NCBI RefSeq assembly: GCF_018350175.1
Contig: NC_058383.1
Span: forward strand, 9,674,001-9,738,000
Origin: Felis catus
Taxonomy: Eukaryota
DNA length: 64,000 nt
Reading direction: 5' to 3'
Shown: in pieces, positions 36,293 through 48,199 of the stretch
Position numbering within the stretch: position 1 is the stretch's first letter
How the letters are laid out: the number at the start of each line of letters is the position of its first letter
Position numbers and translations under genes: made by a program
Notes under the pieces: generated by a model
What the model was told of the DNA's origin: nothing
What the model saw: only the letters and a program-made list of their open reading frames with translations
Database searches by the model: none

Positions 36293-36433
36293 TAAGGATC
36301 CCAGTCATATTGGATTAAGGTCCCAACCTACTCCAATGGAGCCTCATTTCAACTAATATCTGCAAGTAAGGTCACATACCGGGGGTTAGGGCTTCAACAC
36401 ATGTTTCAGAGGGAGTATAATTCAACCCTGAAC
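36293..36433 (-). mobile_element. MLT1 LTR fragment
   Basis: taaggatcccagtcatattggattaagg...aaggtcacat...gggggttagggcttcaaca...aattcaaccc. Confidence 0.8.
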
Positions 36434-36990
36434 AGGCTTCATACGTCAGAGCCCAACAAAGGATTTCACCTAAAGTAGCAGATTGGCTACATACCTCCAT
36501 CCCCCAAGATTGGTTACAATTATAGTAAGGAAACATGATAAAGACCTCCAGGACGAAGAATGGGAGCAGGACCGTTATCAAATAACACATTTCAACACTT
36601 TGGAAGGAATTTGGAATTCCTTCCAACATTTTGGAAGGAATTAAGGAGACAGTAACAGGAGAGCAGATATGCTCTGCTGGGCCAGACCAGCTTGAGTTTG
36701 GAGGTGTCATGGTGGAGGTGGCAGGACTGAAATCAGGTGGAGAGGGTATCAGTCTATAAGAACTGGTCCTCCCACCCCCTGCTGCATTCCAGTGGACAGG
36801 AATTTATCCTGGGGCTGTGGACCAGATTGGAGAAACAGACCTGGATGAGATCCTAACTCACAGACCCTTTGTGGCAGAGGGTGGGGATTCCGTGGTGCTA
36901 AAAACAAGGGATTTAGTTCTGGAACTTGCACTCCATCCAGATGGGCCACCAATATCCACCTCCTCGGCTGGTGATCAGAAGATGTTTTCT

Positions 36991-37204
36991 GAGGGCACCT
37001 GGGTGGCTCAGTTGAGTATCTGACTGTGGCTCCCATCATGATCTCACGGTTCATGAGTTCGAGCATCGCGTCAGGCTCTGTGCTGACAGCTCAGAGCCTG
37101 GAGGCTGCTTTGGATTCTGTGTCTCCCAGTCTCTGCCCCTCCCCCACTCACACTCTGCCTGTCTCTCAAAAATGAATAAACATTGAAAAATAATTTTAAA
37201 AAAA
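36991..37204 (+). mobile_element. Can-SINE (SINEC)
   Basis: TSD gaagatgttttctg. Confidence 0.94.
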
Positions 37205-37399
37205 GGAAGATGTTTTCTGGAGGAACCCAAGACTTCAGAACAAAGCCCTTCACAACCAGATCTCTGGGAGGCACCGGTGTGGGGCTCACTCCCTGCCCAC
37301 TCTCCCGAAAATGAAATGTGCTGGCTGACGAGCTCCACCATTGGAACTTCCACACGGAAGCTAATGTAAACAGCTAACCAGGGATCAGCTGACATGTAA

Positions 37400-38900
37400 G
37401 GAAAGGCAAGGCTGCGTGAACAAAAGAACTAAAATAAACAATCAGGAAGAAGTTATCTGTAGGAAACAAAGACTATGCAGGTTCAGAAGAAAACTTCAGA
37501 AACTTCCAGATAGTATTCACATAGAGTTCAAGAGGTCAGTGAACTCAGAATTTCATTAGAAAGGTAGAGAGGATAAAGTCAAGGAAATCTTGTACAAAGT
37601 AGCAAAAAAGGACTAGGAGTTGAAAAGTACACACAGTGGATAAGACACAATGTAGCATCAGTCTAAAAGGTTCCAATTGAAAAACAGAGTTCCAGAGGGG
37701 CAACTGGGTGGCTCAGTCGGTTACGCCTCCAACTCTTGATTTCGGCTCAGGTCGTGATCTCACAATTTGTGGGATCGAGCCCTGAGTCGGGCTCTGAGTT
37801 GGTGATGCGGAGCCTGCTTGGGATTCCCTCTCTCCTTTCTCTCTACCCCTCCCTCTGCCCCCACATGCATGCACTTTCTCTCTCAAAAGTAAATAAACTA
37901 AAAAAAAAAAAAAAAAAAAAAAAAGAAGAAGAAAAGAAAAGAAAATAGAGTTCCAGAAAGAGAAATAGAGGCAACAGAAGTGAGGAAGCCTGAAAGAAGT
38001 TGTACGAGGAGCGTATCTGCAGACCACAAGTAACCAGCCCAACAAATGATAAAAGTCACACTAAGGTGGGTTAATGAGGGGATTCTGCAGTTGTCCAGAG
38101 AGGAGCACCAGGCACAGGAATGGGAATTGGAGGATATCGAACTTTCCAAGAGTGACTCTGGATGTTAGGTGTTGTATGCCCTAGAGGAAAATGATTTTCC
38201 GCGTAGTATTTCATACCCAAGTATGAAAGCAGAACACAGATCTTTCCAGAGAACCAAGGATGCAAGAAAAAGGCATCTCCGTGATTCCTTTTTCTGGGAG
38301 GTGCACTTCAGCAGGATGAGAGGTAGAAGACAGCACGAGGTGCAGGAGAGTGGATCCTGTGCAAGGGAGCAGCAGAGGGTACAAGGGCTGCCTCCCCGAA
38401 ACACGGCGCCCCACAGAGTTATCTCCTGCAGCAGAGTATTTGGGAGAAGTTCAGAACGTGTCTGTAGAAAGTTATGCAAATAAAATAGCAAAGGAATTTT
38501 TAACTTAAGGAAAGTTAAAAAAAAATTGGACAAGAATGGAAATGTAGTCATTCCCCACCTATCTCTGTGCAGAACATTTATACAGTCATAATTTTGAAAC
38601 ACTGATTACTTAACGGAAATATTTGTATGACCACTGAGAAGATGAAGAAGTTGAGATAGTTGGATATCTAAGGGAATTTTGTCTGGTCTATCATAATAGG
38701 AAGTCATTAGGAAACATTTAAAATTAATAAATTAGGTCGTGTACACATAATAATTGAAATAGCAAGCGTATTACTACCTACTAGAGGCGGAAAGAGGTGA
38801 AAAACAAGGCTGCCTTTGGGAAGTAGACTTGGAAGAGTGGAGGGGGGAATAAGGAACTTCTGGTTGTTTATTAGAAGCTGTCCTTACCACTTGATTTTTT
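37400..38900 (+). mobile_element. Highly decayed L1-like relic with a SINE at 37697-37940
   Basis: A-rich; gaggataaagtcaaggaaatct, gagttccagaaagagaaa, gaaaatgattttcc...cataccca are ORF1-like; SINE TSD aaaa(c/t)agagttccaga. Confidence 0.6.
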
Positions 38901-38924
38901 TTTTTTTTTTGAATTTTCGCTTCA

Positions 38925-39965
38925 GAAGCAATTAACCATTAACTATTTTAAAGTATAAATTTCCGTGGCATTAAGTACAGTCACAGGGTTGTGCAACCAC
39001 TCTCTGTATCTAGTTCCAAGATATGTTCATGCTCCCCCACAAAGGAAACCCATTAAGTAGTTACATTCTTGTCTCCTTGCCCCCACCCCCGGCTCCTGGC
39101 AACCACCACTCTGCTTTCTGTCTCTAGGAATTCATCTGTTTTGGAAGTTCTGTACGATCCTGCAATATGCAACCTTTGTGTTGGCTTCTTTTGCTCAGCG
39201 TCACGTTTTCGACGTACTTACGTCTATGATGTAGCGTGTTATCAGTGCCTCCTCGTTCCTTTTTATAGCTGAATAATGTTCCACTGGGTGAATAACATGA
39301 CCTTTGTTTACCCGTTCATTGACCAAAGGACATTTGGGTTATTTCTACTTTTTGGCTGTTGTGAATAGTAATGCTATGAACATTTGTGTTCAGGTATTTG
39401 TTTGAATACATATTTTCAGTTATTTGGGTAGATACCTAGGAGTACAATTTTTGGGTCATATGGTAATTCTGTTTAACCTTTTGAGGAATTTCCAAACTAT
39501 TTTCCACTGTGGCTGCACCATTTTCTGTTCCTACCAGCAACATACAAGAGTTCTAATTCCTCCACAACCTTACCAGCACCTGTTATTTCTTCCTTCCTTC
39601 CTTCCTTCCTTCCTCCCTCCCTCCCTCCCTCCCTCCCTCCCTCTCTTTTTCTCTCTCTTTCTTTCTTATCAAGTATACCCAGACTAGTGGATGTGAAATA
39701 GTACCTCATCGTGGTTTTGGTTGTCATTTCCCTAATGAGTAACAATGTTCAATATCTTTTCACCTGCTTATTAGCAATTTGTAGATTTTCTCTAGAGAAA
39801 TGTTTATTCATGTCCTTTACTTATTTTTTTAATTGGATTGTTTTTCTTTTTGTTTCTGAGTTGTAGGAGTTCTTTATATACTCAGGATTCTAGACTCTGA
39901 TCAGACACATGATTTGTAAACATTCTCTCCCATTCTATGGGTTGGCTTTCACTTTCTTGATAGTG
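38925..39965 (-). mobile_element. L1 (L1MB-like) 3' region
   Basis: gcattaagtacagtcacagggttgtgcaacc, gctatgaacatttgtgt, ttccactgtggctgcaccatttt; contains (CCTT)/(CCCT)n at 39588-39645. Confidence 0.85.
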
Positions 39966-40079
39966 TTATCACTTGATTTTTTGAAACTATATTCATGTAT
40001 GGTTTTGATGGTCTTTATTAAAAATTTAAATTAGTAAAAGGATAAAAATCATAGCTATTATCAAAAAGGAAATGCTTTT

Positions 40080-40170
40080 TTTAATTTTTATTTTATTTTT
40101 TTGTTCTTTTTTTTTAAACATTTATTCATTTTTGAGAGATGAGACAGAGACAGAGTGTGAGTGGGGGAGG

Positions 40171-40220
<50 letters not shown>

Positions 40221-40346
40221 CCAAAGCAGGCTCCAGGCTCTAAGCTGTCAGCACAAAGCCCAACATGGGGCCTGAACTCACGGATGGTGAGATCATGACC
40301 TGAGCTGAAGTCGGACACTCAACCGACTGAGCCACCCAGGCACCCC
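40080..40346 (-). mobile_element. Can-SINE (SINEC) with long (GA)n
   Basis: Antisense consensus; (GA)n at 40175-40218. Confidence 0.94.
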
Positions 40347-40399
40347 GGAAATCTGTTTTTTAAAGGGGTAGAGTAAATATTTTTGTATATAAAGAATTT

Positions 40400-41400
40400 A
40401 CACGAACCTCTAAGACTCTCCAACAGATAACTGAACAGGAATAAATGACCCGCAAAGGAAGAAAACAGTTCATAAACACAAGAAAAACTATTAAGTAAGG
40501 AATACAAAATAACCAAATAAGATACTCACACTTTTTTCTAGTGACAACACTGAGTAATATTAGGATGTACAAGATAGACACTCCTCTGATAAAGAAAGTA
40601 CAAATCGGCGTGACCTTTTGGAAAGCAGTTTGGTGCAACATGTCAAGAATCTTATTTGTTACTCTTTGACCTAGTAACTCAACTTCTAAGAATCTGTCCT
40701 AGGAAAAGAATTTGAAATATATAAAATACTGTTATAAACAAAGATGTTTATCACAGTGTTATTTAATAGGGAAAAACTATAAACAACTTATGCGTTCAGT
40801 AGGAGGTGGGTGAGTAATTTCTGATACACCCAGTGCTTTGAAAAATGCCTAGTACATGGGCATAAAATAAGTAGTTGTTGAATAAATGAATATATTCACA
40901 GGTAGGAATGTTATACAGTCATGTAAAATTATATTTATATATTTTTAACAGGTGAAATTCTTAAACTTCAAGGGGAACATGACATTTAAAAGTTTATCAG
41001 GATTACGGTCTAACCACCTGTTTTTTGTTTTTGTTTTTTTAGATTTTTATTTTTTTGTTAAAAATAAAGATTCAGGCGAGCCTGGGTGGCTCAGTCGGGT
41101 AAGCGTCCAACTCTTGATTTCAGCTCAGGTCATGATCTTACAGTTGGTGGGTTTGAGCCTCGCATTGGGCTCCGCACCATCAGCACAGATTCTTGGGACT
41201 CTGCTGGGATTTTGCTTGGGATTCTCTGTCTCCCTCTCTCTTGGCCCCTACCCTGATTGCATGTGCACATGCTCTCTCTCTAAAAAATAAATAAACAATA
41301 ATAATAATAAAATAAAGGTCAAACAAAAGCATATTAATATAAAATGGAAATAAAAGGAAATAAAAATGTTACCTCTGGGTGATGGAATATTAATAATCAA
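40400..41400 (+). mobile_element. Decayed L1ME-like 3' region with a SINE at 41073-41312
   Basis: ttttggaaagcagtttgg, ctctttgacctagtaactcaacttctaagaat, aaagatgtttatcacag. Confidence 0.65.
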
Positions 41401-41565
41401 AAATATACCATTCACTTAACTCCTGCACAGCTATCCAGGCTATCTCAGCTTAGATAGTTTCCCCAGGACCTCATCACCTGGGCAGAAGGAATGATCAGAA
41501 GGTGGAGGCTATGCCTCCTCCTGTGCCCTCCTTTCCCCCATTGGATTATTTCATTAAAGACTTCA

Positions 41566-41781
41566 GGGGCGCCTGGTGGCGCAGTCGGTTAAGCGTCCGA
41601 CTTCAGCCAGGTCACGATCTCGCAGTCCGTGAGTTCGAGCCCCGCGTCAGGCTCTGGGCTGATGGCTCGGAGCCTGGAGCCTGTTTCCGATTCTGTGTCT
41701 CCCTCTCTCTCTGCCCCTCCCCTGTTCATGCTCTGTCTCTCTCTGTCCCAAAAATAAATAAAAACGTTGAAAAAAAAAAAA
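41566..41781 (+). mobile_element. Young cat SINE (SINEC_Fc type)
   Basis: TSD AAAGACTTCAG at 41556-41566 and 41782-41792, preceded by TT. Confidence 0.97.
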
Positions 41782-41967
41782 AAAGACTTCAGCCTTCGTT
41801 AGAGCTGGGGCATCTGAGTCTTGGCTGGGTATGCTGGGAAATGCAAAATGTGCGAAATTTATTCTCAGCCACTCTCTAGCACCTGTTTTGCACCAGGGAC
41901 CAAGGACACAAAGTTCAAGGAGCCCCTCACCCCAGGAACTTCACATTTAAGATCAAATAAAACCTAA

Positions 41968-42171
41968 GGGCGCCTGGGTGTCTCTGTCAGTTGAGCTTCT
42001 GACTTCCGCTCAGGTCGTGATCTCACGGTTTGTGGGTTCGAGGCCCACGTTGGGCTCCACACTGTCATTGCACAGCCTGCTTGGGATTCTTGCTCTCTCC
42101 TCTCTCTGATCCTCCCCGACTCATGCTGTTTCTCTGTCTCAGGATAAATAAACAAAAAAAAACAAAAAAAA
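41968..42171 (+). mobile_element. Can-SINE (SINEC)
   Basis: TSD atcaaataaaacctaa. Confidence 0.93.
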
Positions 42172-42507
42172 ATCAAATAAAACCTAAAACCCATCAGGAC
42201 CCCAAACCATCTTCTGTACACGCGTTGCAAAGGATGATGTAATTTTCAGGTTTCCTGATGGCGCTGTCGGGGCAAGTGTCTCAACCCGCTCAGTTGACGT
42301 GTCTCTACCAGGCCTAGGATACCTGAGTGCTCATTCTGTTGCCAGCTCTCACTCTGTTCTTGTGGTTTGTGGCGTGGGCTCCTCGTGGAAACACAGACAC
42401 GGACGTTGAACATACTCCAAGGAGACTGACTGCCCCCAAGTGCCAGGGCACAGCTAAAACTTTTATTTATGTTACACATTCATACATGTATGTGTATACA
42501 TTTATTG

Positions 42508-42539
<32 letters not shown>

Positions 42540-42589
42540 GTGTAAATGATTTTCTGTGAGTTGATACTGCCTTTATACAAAATAAAATT

Positions 42590-42800
42590 GGGGCGCCTGG
42601 GTGGCTCAGTCGGTTAAGCTTCCGATTTCGGCTCAGGTCATGATCTTGCAGTTTGTGAGTTCAAGCCCCATGTTGGGCTCTGTACTGACAGCTCAGAGCC
42701 TGGAGCCTGCTTCGGCTTCTGTGTCTCCCTCTCTCTCTGCCCCTCCCCTGCTTGCATTGTTTCTCTCTTTCTCTCTCTCTCAAAAATAAATAAACATTGA
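42590..42800 (+). mobile_element. Can-SINE (SINEC)
   Basis: Consensus; outer TSD aaaataaaatt. Confidence 0.94.
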
Positions 42801-42810
42801 AAATTTTTCT

Positions 42811-43034
42811 TTTTTTTTTAATTTCTTTTTTAATGTGTATTTATTTCTGAGACAGAGAGAGACAGAGCGTGAGTGGGAGAGGGGCAGAGAGAGAGGGAGA
42901 CACAGAATCCGAAGCAGGCTCCAGGCTCCGAGCTGTCAGCACAGAGCCCGACGCGGGGCTCGAACTCACAGACCGCGAGATCATGACCTGAGCCAAAGCC
43001 GGACGCTCAACCGACTGAGCCACCCAGGCACCCC
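42811..43034 (-). mobile_element. Can-SINE (SINEC) inserted antisense in the tail of the previous copy
   Basis: TSD tgaaaatttttc on both sides. Confidence 0.94.
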
Positions 43035-44789
43035 TGAAAATTTTTCAAAAAAGCAATAAAAATAAAATTAAAACTAAAAAAGTCGATTTCTGCTTTGCGT
43101 TTCCCTTTAGGCATTCGCTCTGCTTGTTTGCTTTATTGTCTTGCTGTCTGGGTCGCCTGTGGGCCGTCCAGGAGGCTCTGCAGAGGAGGACAGGGATCTG
43201 GGCATGGCCATAGTGTGGAGCTGAGCCAGAGGGCCTCAGAGAAAATGAAGGGGCCTTGAAGAGAGCCCCTGGTCACCTGGAGGCACTTTGTGACTCAAGC
43301 TGGGGACACCAGGTGCCGTGGGGCTACTCTCTGCTCCTGGCTCCTGAGGAGGCTCTAGTGATTTGAAGATTGCAATTAGAAGCCAGGGTGGGGAGGCCAG
43401 TGATGAGCCACCTCCCACCCGCTGCTGTGGTACAGCTGTCCCCGGGAGAGGACCAAAGGCTGCCCATGGAGGGAGGGAGGCAGGCAGCTGCTGGCGGCAG
43501 GCACGGGGCCAGGCCTGGGAGCACCAGGCGGAGGAATCGCGTGGAGGGCCTGACAGGTGGAGCTTTGTGTCCCGGGTGTCCTCATCCGGAGGGGTGGCCG
43601 AGCAGATCTCCCCTTAACCCAGCTCCCTCTCATCCGGCCGCACTTGGCTGCCTTCCAGGGACTCGCTCCTGCAGGATCTGTGCTGAGAGCCCCTCCGCCG
43701 CCTGCTCCCCGCAGATGCAGCACCATGCGGACCCCGCATTCCCCGAGGGCCCCTCAGCCTTGACCACTCATGGTGAGGCTGAGGGCCTTTGGTTTCTGTG
43801 GTTGTGTGTGTGTGGGGGGGTAGTCTCGCTTTCTGATCACAGAAAGTTCCACCAGCTCCTGCCCTGCCTAAGGGAAGGAAGCACTGGCAGATCTGCAGAC
43901 AGCACCTGCCCGGCTTGTGGCACACAGTGGGGTGCCAGCAGTGTGGACAGGCACGGTGGTGCGTCCAGGGTGCAGGAAAGACCCCAGCTCTGCCCCCAGT
44001 TTCGTGGAGGAGAGAGAGTCAACAGCCAGAGTGAGTGTACTAGCCAAGGTGTGAAAGGATGCTCTAGGGGCTCTGGGAAGGAAGGAAAGGACTCTTTCTA
44101 GGTGGGGAAGATAAGCTTACAGAGGAGGTAACGCATGAGCTATGCCTTGGAGTTTTACGGCAGAAGAGGACAGAAGGGAAACAAATTCATTGAAGAAAAC
44201 ATCACAGGGAAAGCCCCGGAGGAGTGAAAGAAAGTAGAGTTTTGGGAACAGCCAGTGTTTGAGGATATGGGGTGAGAAGGGTGTAAGGCGCAGGGGAAAT
44301 GAAGCTGGGAAGGACAGTGGGGCCCAGACCGTGGCCCTACCGGATGCAAGCCTGGACCCTCTCTGCACTGCCTCACTCCAGGCCTCAGTACCTTCCAGGG
44401 CCTTCGTAAATCTCAAGTGAGTAATGAAGGCTGATGTTTGTCTCTTGGAGCTCATTTAAATCCTTCAGCCTCACTGCCAAAGTCCTTGAATTAGAATGCC
44501 CCATCCCAGCCACCATGCCCTTGCCTGACCAGCAGAGCAGGAATGGATTAGCAGCAAAATCCCTCTAGGGCAGCAGGCTGGGACACATTTAGCAAGGAGG
44601 AGGTGGGGGCACGGTCAGAATAGTTTGCTGCTGTTTGTAAGTTTCGTAGCAGGCGTGTTTTGAGTGTATGTGTGTGTCTATACCCACGTGTATCTATCAG
44701 TGCTTCCTTAAGCCTTCCAAGGTCAGAGGCCTGCGTAAGACTCTTACCTCCTGGGAAATAGGAATTTCGGTTCCCTCTGGGCGACAGGG

Positions 44790-45019
44790 TTTTGGTTTTT
44801 TTTTTTTTTAATGATTATTTATTTTTCAGAGAGAGAGAGAGAGAAAGAGAGAACAAGCGGGGGAGGGACAGAGAGAGAAGGGGACAGAGAATCCAAAGCA
44901 GGCTCCAGGCTCTGAGCTGTCAGCACAGAGCCAGACACGGGGCTCAAACTCATGAACTGAGAAGATCATGACCTCAGCTACAGTCAGACGCTCAACCTGC
45001 TGAGCCACCCAGGTGCCCC
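44790..45019 (-). mobile_element. Can-SINE (SINEC)
   Basis: Antisense consensus. Confidence 0.92.
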
Positions 45020-45089
45020 TACAGTTCTTTTTTTCCTTTTTTGTCTGTGAAATGAGGATCTGGGCCTAGATAGCCTTCAAACCTTTTAA

Positions 45090-46420
45090 ATTTACTAATT
45101 TGACAGGCATTTGTTAGTCGTTCTTCACGAGAGCAGACATTGTGCCAACCCAAGTGGTACGTTTGGTGGGTGGACAAGACAGGACCGGGCGTCCCCTTCG
45201 TGCATCCGGCGGTGGTAGACAGATGTTTAACACGTGATGACAGGTATGACGTGGCATAGAGAAGAGCAGGTGCTATGGGGTGAATAATAGAACCACCCTA
45301 ATCTGGGGATGGCCAGCAGAGAGGTTCAAGTCAACATCTGAATTAGCTGGGAAGGAAGATCAGACAGAGGGTGCAAAAGCCAGAAGGTGGAGAAACGCTT
45401 TCATTCCAGGAAGGGTGTGGAGTGTGTCTACAGGGTGGATAAGGAAGAGATAAAGGGCTTCAGGTAGGGCTGAAGAGACAGGGCAGACACACAAGGCCCT
45501 GAGAGTGTTCTACTTTATCCAAAGGACAGTGGAGAACCTTCAAAGGGTTTGAGGCAGAGGAATCTCATGATCGCATCTGCGCACATTTGCAACCCCACAA
45601 GTCTTTGAATGAGGGCAGCAGAACAGGTGAAAGGGAGGCCTCATTGGGAAGAATGAGATGGGGGAGGAAGGAGACAGTTAGGATGAGGAAAGTGGATGGA
45701 GGCCTCCACAGGGATGGAGAAAAGTGGACGGGGGGCACTTAAAAGACCACGTTGCCAGCACTTGGTCATGGGTGAGATATGAGAGGAAGCATAGTCAAGG
45801 ATTAATCTTAGGATTCTGGCTCTGGCCATGATGACACCATGATGGTGTTATCAGATTGCGGGGGTGGTCAGGGATGGATTTGGGATATGTTGAATCTGCG
45901 GTCACTGTGGACATTGCTAAGCAGATCCAGAGGTCAGAGAGATGGAAATTCTGTTAGCTTCTGGGTGGTAATTAGAGGCATGGGGGTGGGGGAAACCACC
46001 GAAGAAGAGAGTGCAGAGGGCCAAGAGGTTATGTCTGTCTTGAGGACCCCAACATTTAACACCCAGGTCAAGAAGAAGCCAGCCAGGGAAAGGAAAATGG
46101 AGAGAGAAAGGAGGGAAACCAGGAAAGTTTGGTGCCACGGAGGCCAAGGGCAGATTGTTTCTTGGAGGTCAGAGTGCCGAGCCATGGAAAACACTACGGC
46201 CAGCTGTAGTTAGGGGGGAGCTGGAGAAACAAAATGTGTTCTTTGGATTTTACAAATGGAGCTTTATTGTTGATCTAGCAAGAGCTCGAGGAATTCGTGT
46301 GAAATGAAGACAGTCAATGAAAGACGGGTCTCTCAAGACTTTTGACTTAGAAAGGGAGGAGTGGGCTAGAGTTGGAGGGGTGTGTCCGGTTGACGAGGGA
46401 TATTTTTTTAAGTTGGGGAA
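45090..46420 (-). mobile_element. L2 relic
   Basis: Purine-rich; tactttatccaaaggacagtggagaaccttcaaagggtttgaggcagaggaatctcatgatc and gaggaccccaacatttaa resemble antisense L2. Confidence 0.7.
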
Positions 46421-46478
46421 ATTTGTCTAAAAGCAGATGGAGATAAACGGAATGGTTGAACGTACGGGACCCCGTGGG

Positions 46479-47310
46479 TGTGGCAGCTGGGTTCAATCAG
46501 AGAAGCAGAACCACTTGGGTTATAAAGATTTGGCCTTGTGTAGTTGTGGGGACCCATTGCCCTGTCTATGTGAAGTTGTTGTCTCTGTATCTGGCGCTAG
46601 GCTGGGAAGTCCACGGGGCGGAGGGGAGGGGGCAGTTGGGAAGGGTAGAGGGATGGGGCGCCTGGGTGGCGCAGTCGGTTAAGCGTCCGACTCCAGCCAG
46701 GTCACGATCTCGCGGTCCGTGAGTTCGAGCCCCACGGCAGGCTGATGGCTCGGAGCCTGGAGCCTGTTTCCGCTTCTGTGTCTGCCTCTCTCTCTGCCCC
46801 TCCCCCGTTCATGCTCTGTCTCTCTCTGTCCCAAAAATAAATAAACGTTAAAAAAAAATTTAAAAAAAAAAAAAAAAGGGAAGGGTAGAGGGATGTGAAG
46901 TCGGTGGGGAAGAAGAAAAAGCAGGAACCTGAGAGGTTGACCTGGAACCCACCAGGAGGGACCAGAACTGTGCTGACTTCTCACTGACTCCATTCTTCCG
47001 ACTGTGATGATAAAGATGTCATGCAAAGTAGGGCTGTTCTTTGTCACAGAGCTAAGTATGCCACTGGCCCAGGAGTTGGAAAAGCTAGAGCTAAGGGAGC
47101 TGCGGGCCTGCCTGCTGCTCCGTGCCAACCAGTTGACCCAGCAGACAAGTGGCCGTGTGCATCTCTGCAATCGTGCCTGGTGCTTACACCAGCTTCCTGA
47201 GCACAGAGGAGCATGGCCGCTCCTTCATGGTCGCCTTCCAAATCTTGGGCAAAGCACCCCGTGATAATCTGGAACTACACCAGGAAGGGAATTCTGGGAA
47301 GCACCTGACA
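46479..47310. mobile_element. ERVL-type LTR relic (LTR33/LTR41/LTR16-like), interrupted by a young SINE
   Basis: Begins tgtggcagctgggttcaatcagagaagcagaacc, ends gggaattctgggaag...tgaca; family assignment uncertain. Confidence 0.5.
46655..46877 (+). mobile_element. Young cat SINE (SINEC_Fc type) with a 7-bp internal deletion
   Basis: TSD GGGAAGGGTAGAGGGAT at 46638-46654 and 46878-46894. Confidence 0.97.
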
Positions 47311-47349
47311 GAGTACAGATCCATCTTAGAGGACTTTAAGATGTTTAAA

Positions 47350-47556
47350 GATGTTTGTCTGTTTGTTTGTTTAGAGATAGAGAGCACACACAAGCAGGGG
47401 AGGGGCAGAGAAAGAGAGGGAGAGAGACAATCCCAAGCAGGCTCCGTGCTGTCAGCACAGAGCCTGGCGCAGGGCTCGATCCCATGACTGCGAGATCATG
47501 ACCTGAGCTGAAATCAAGAGTTGGATGCTTAACTGACTGAGCCCCCCAGGTGCCCT
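47350..47556 (-). mobile_element. Can-SINE (SINEC)
   Basis: Antisense consensus. Confidence 0.92.
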
Positions 47557-47569
47557 TCCCGTGCTCCAT

Positions 47570-48110
47570 TTTTAAGTCAGTGTTTATCAGCAGATCCAGG
47601 CACCACGTTAGAAGCTGGGAATGGAATGTAAGTTGGAGTTCATCCTCACAGAACGTAGGTTCCAACAGGGAAATCAACCAATAGCAAATACATACATGAT
47701 ATCATGCCAGATTGTGATAAGTACTACTGAAAGAAAAGAAAAGAAAAGAAAAGAAAAGAAAAGAAAAGAAAAGAAAAGAAAAGAAAAGAAAGAAAAGAGA
47801 AAAGAAAAGAAACATCTAGTGTTGGTGGTGGGGGTTGGATGAGAAGGAGGTTTTTTTTATTAGAGAGGGTGATTGGAAAACTTCTTTGATGAAGTAACTT
47901 TTAATCACAGATCATAATGAAGTGATGAAGCCAGCCAAGCAGAAATCATGGGAAAGAGCTTTTCGGGCAGAGAAAAACATTATGTGCAAAGGCCCTGAGG
48001 CAGGAACAGTTTTGTTCAAGAAACTGCAAGAATGCCAGGGTAGCTGGAGCACAGGGGTGGGAGGGGAAGTTGGAGAGCTAGGCAGGAGCCAGACCATGTT
48101 GAATAGTCAT
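47570..48110 (-). mobile_element. L2 relic
   Basis: cagattgtgataagtact..., tgtgcaaaggccctgaggcaggaa, gagctaggcaggagccagaccatg. Confidence 0.75.
47729..47812. repeat. (GAAAA)n pentanucleotide repeat
   Basis: About 16 units, imperfect at the 3' end. Confidence 0.95.
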
Positions 48111-48199
48111 CATCTAACCTAGCTGGTGGTTCCCTTGAAGATGTCACTGGGAAGGCTTGTCCTTTTTTGACCTTACTTACACCAACCCCAGTGCTTAAA

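Noticed and set aside
43370..44101. 243-aa ORF in a GC-rich intronic patch
   Set aside because: Non-ATG start, no recognisable homology, overlapping ORFs of similar character in several frames.
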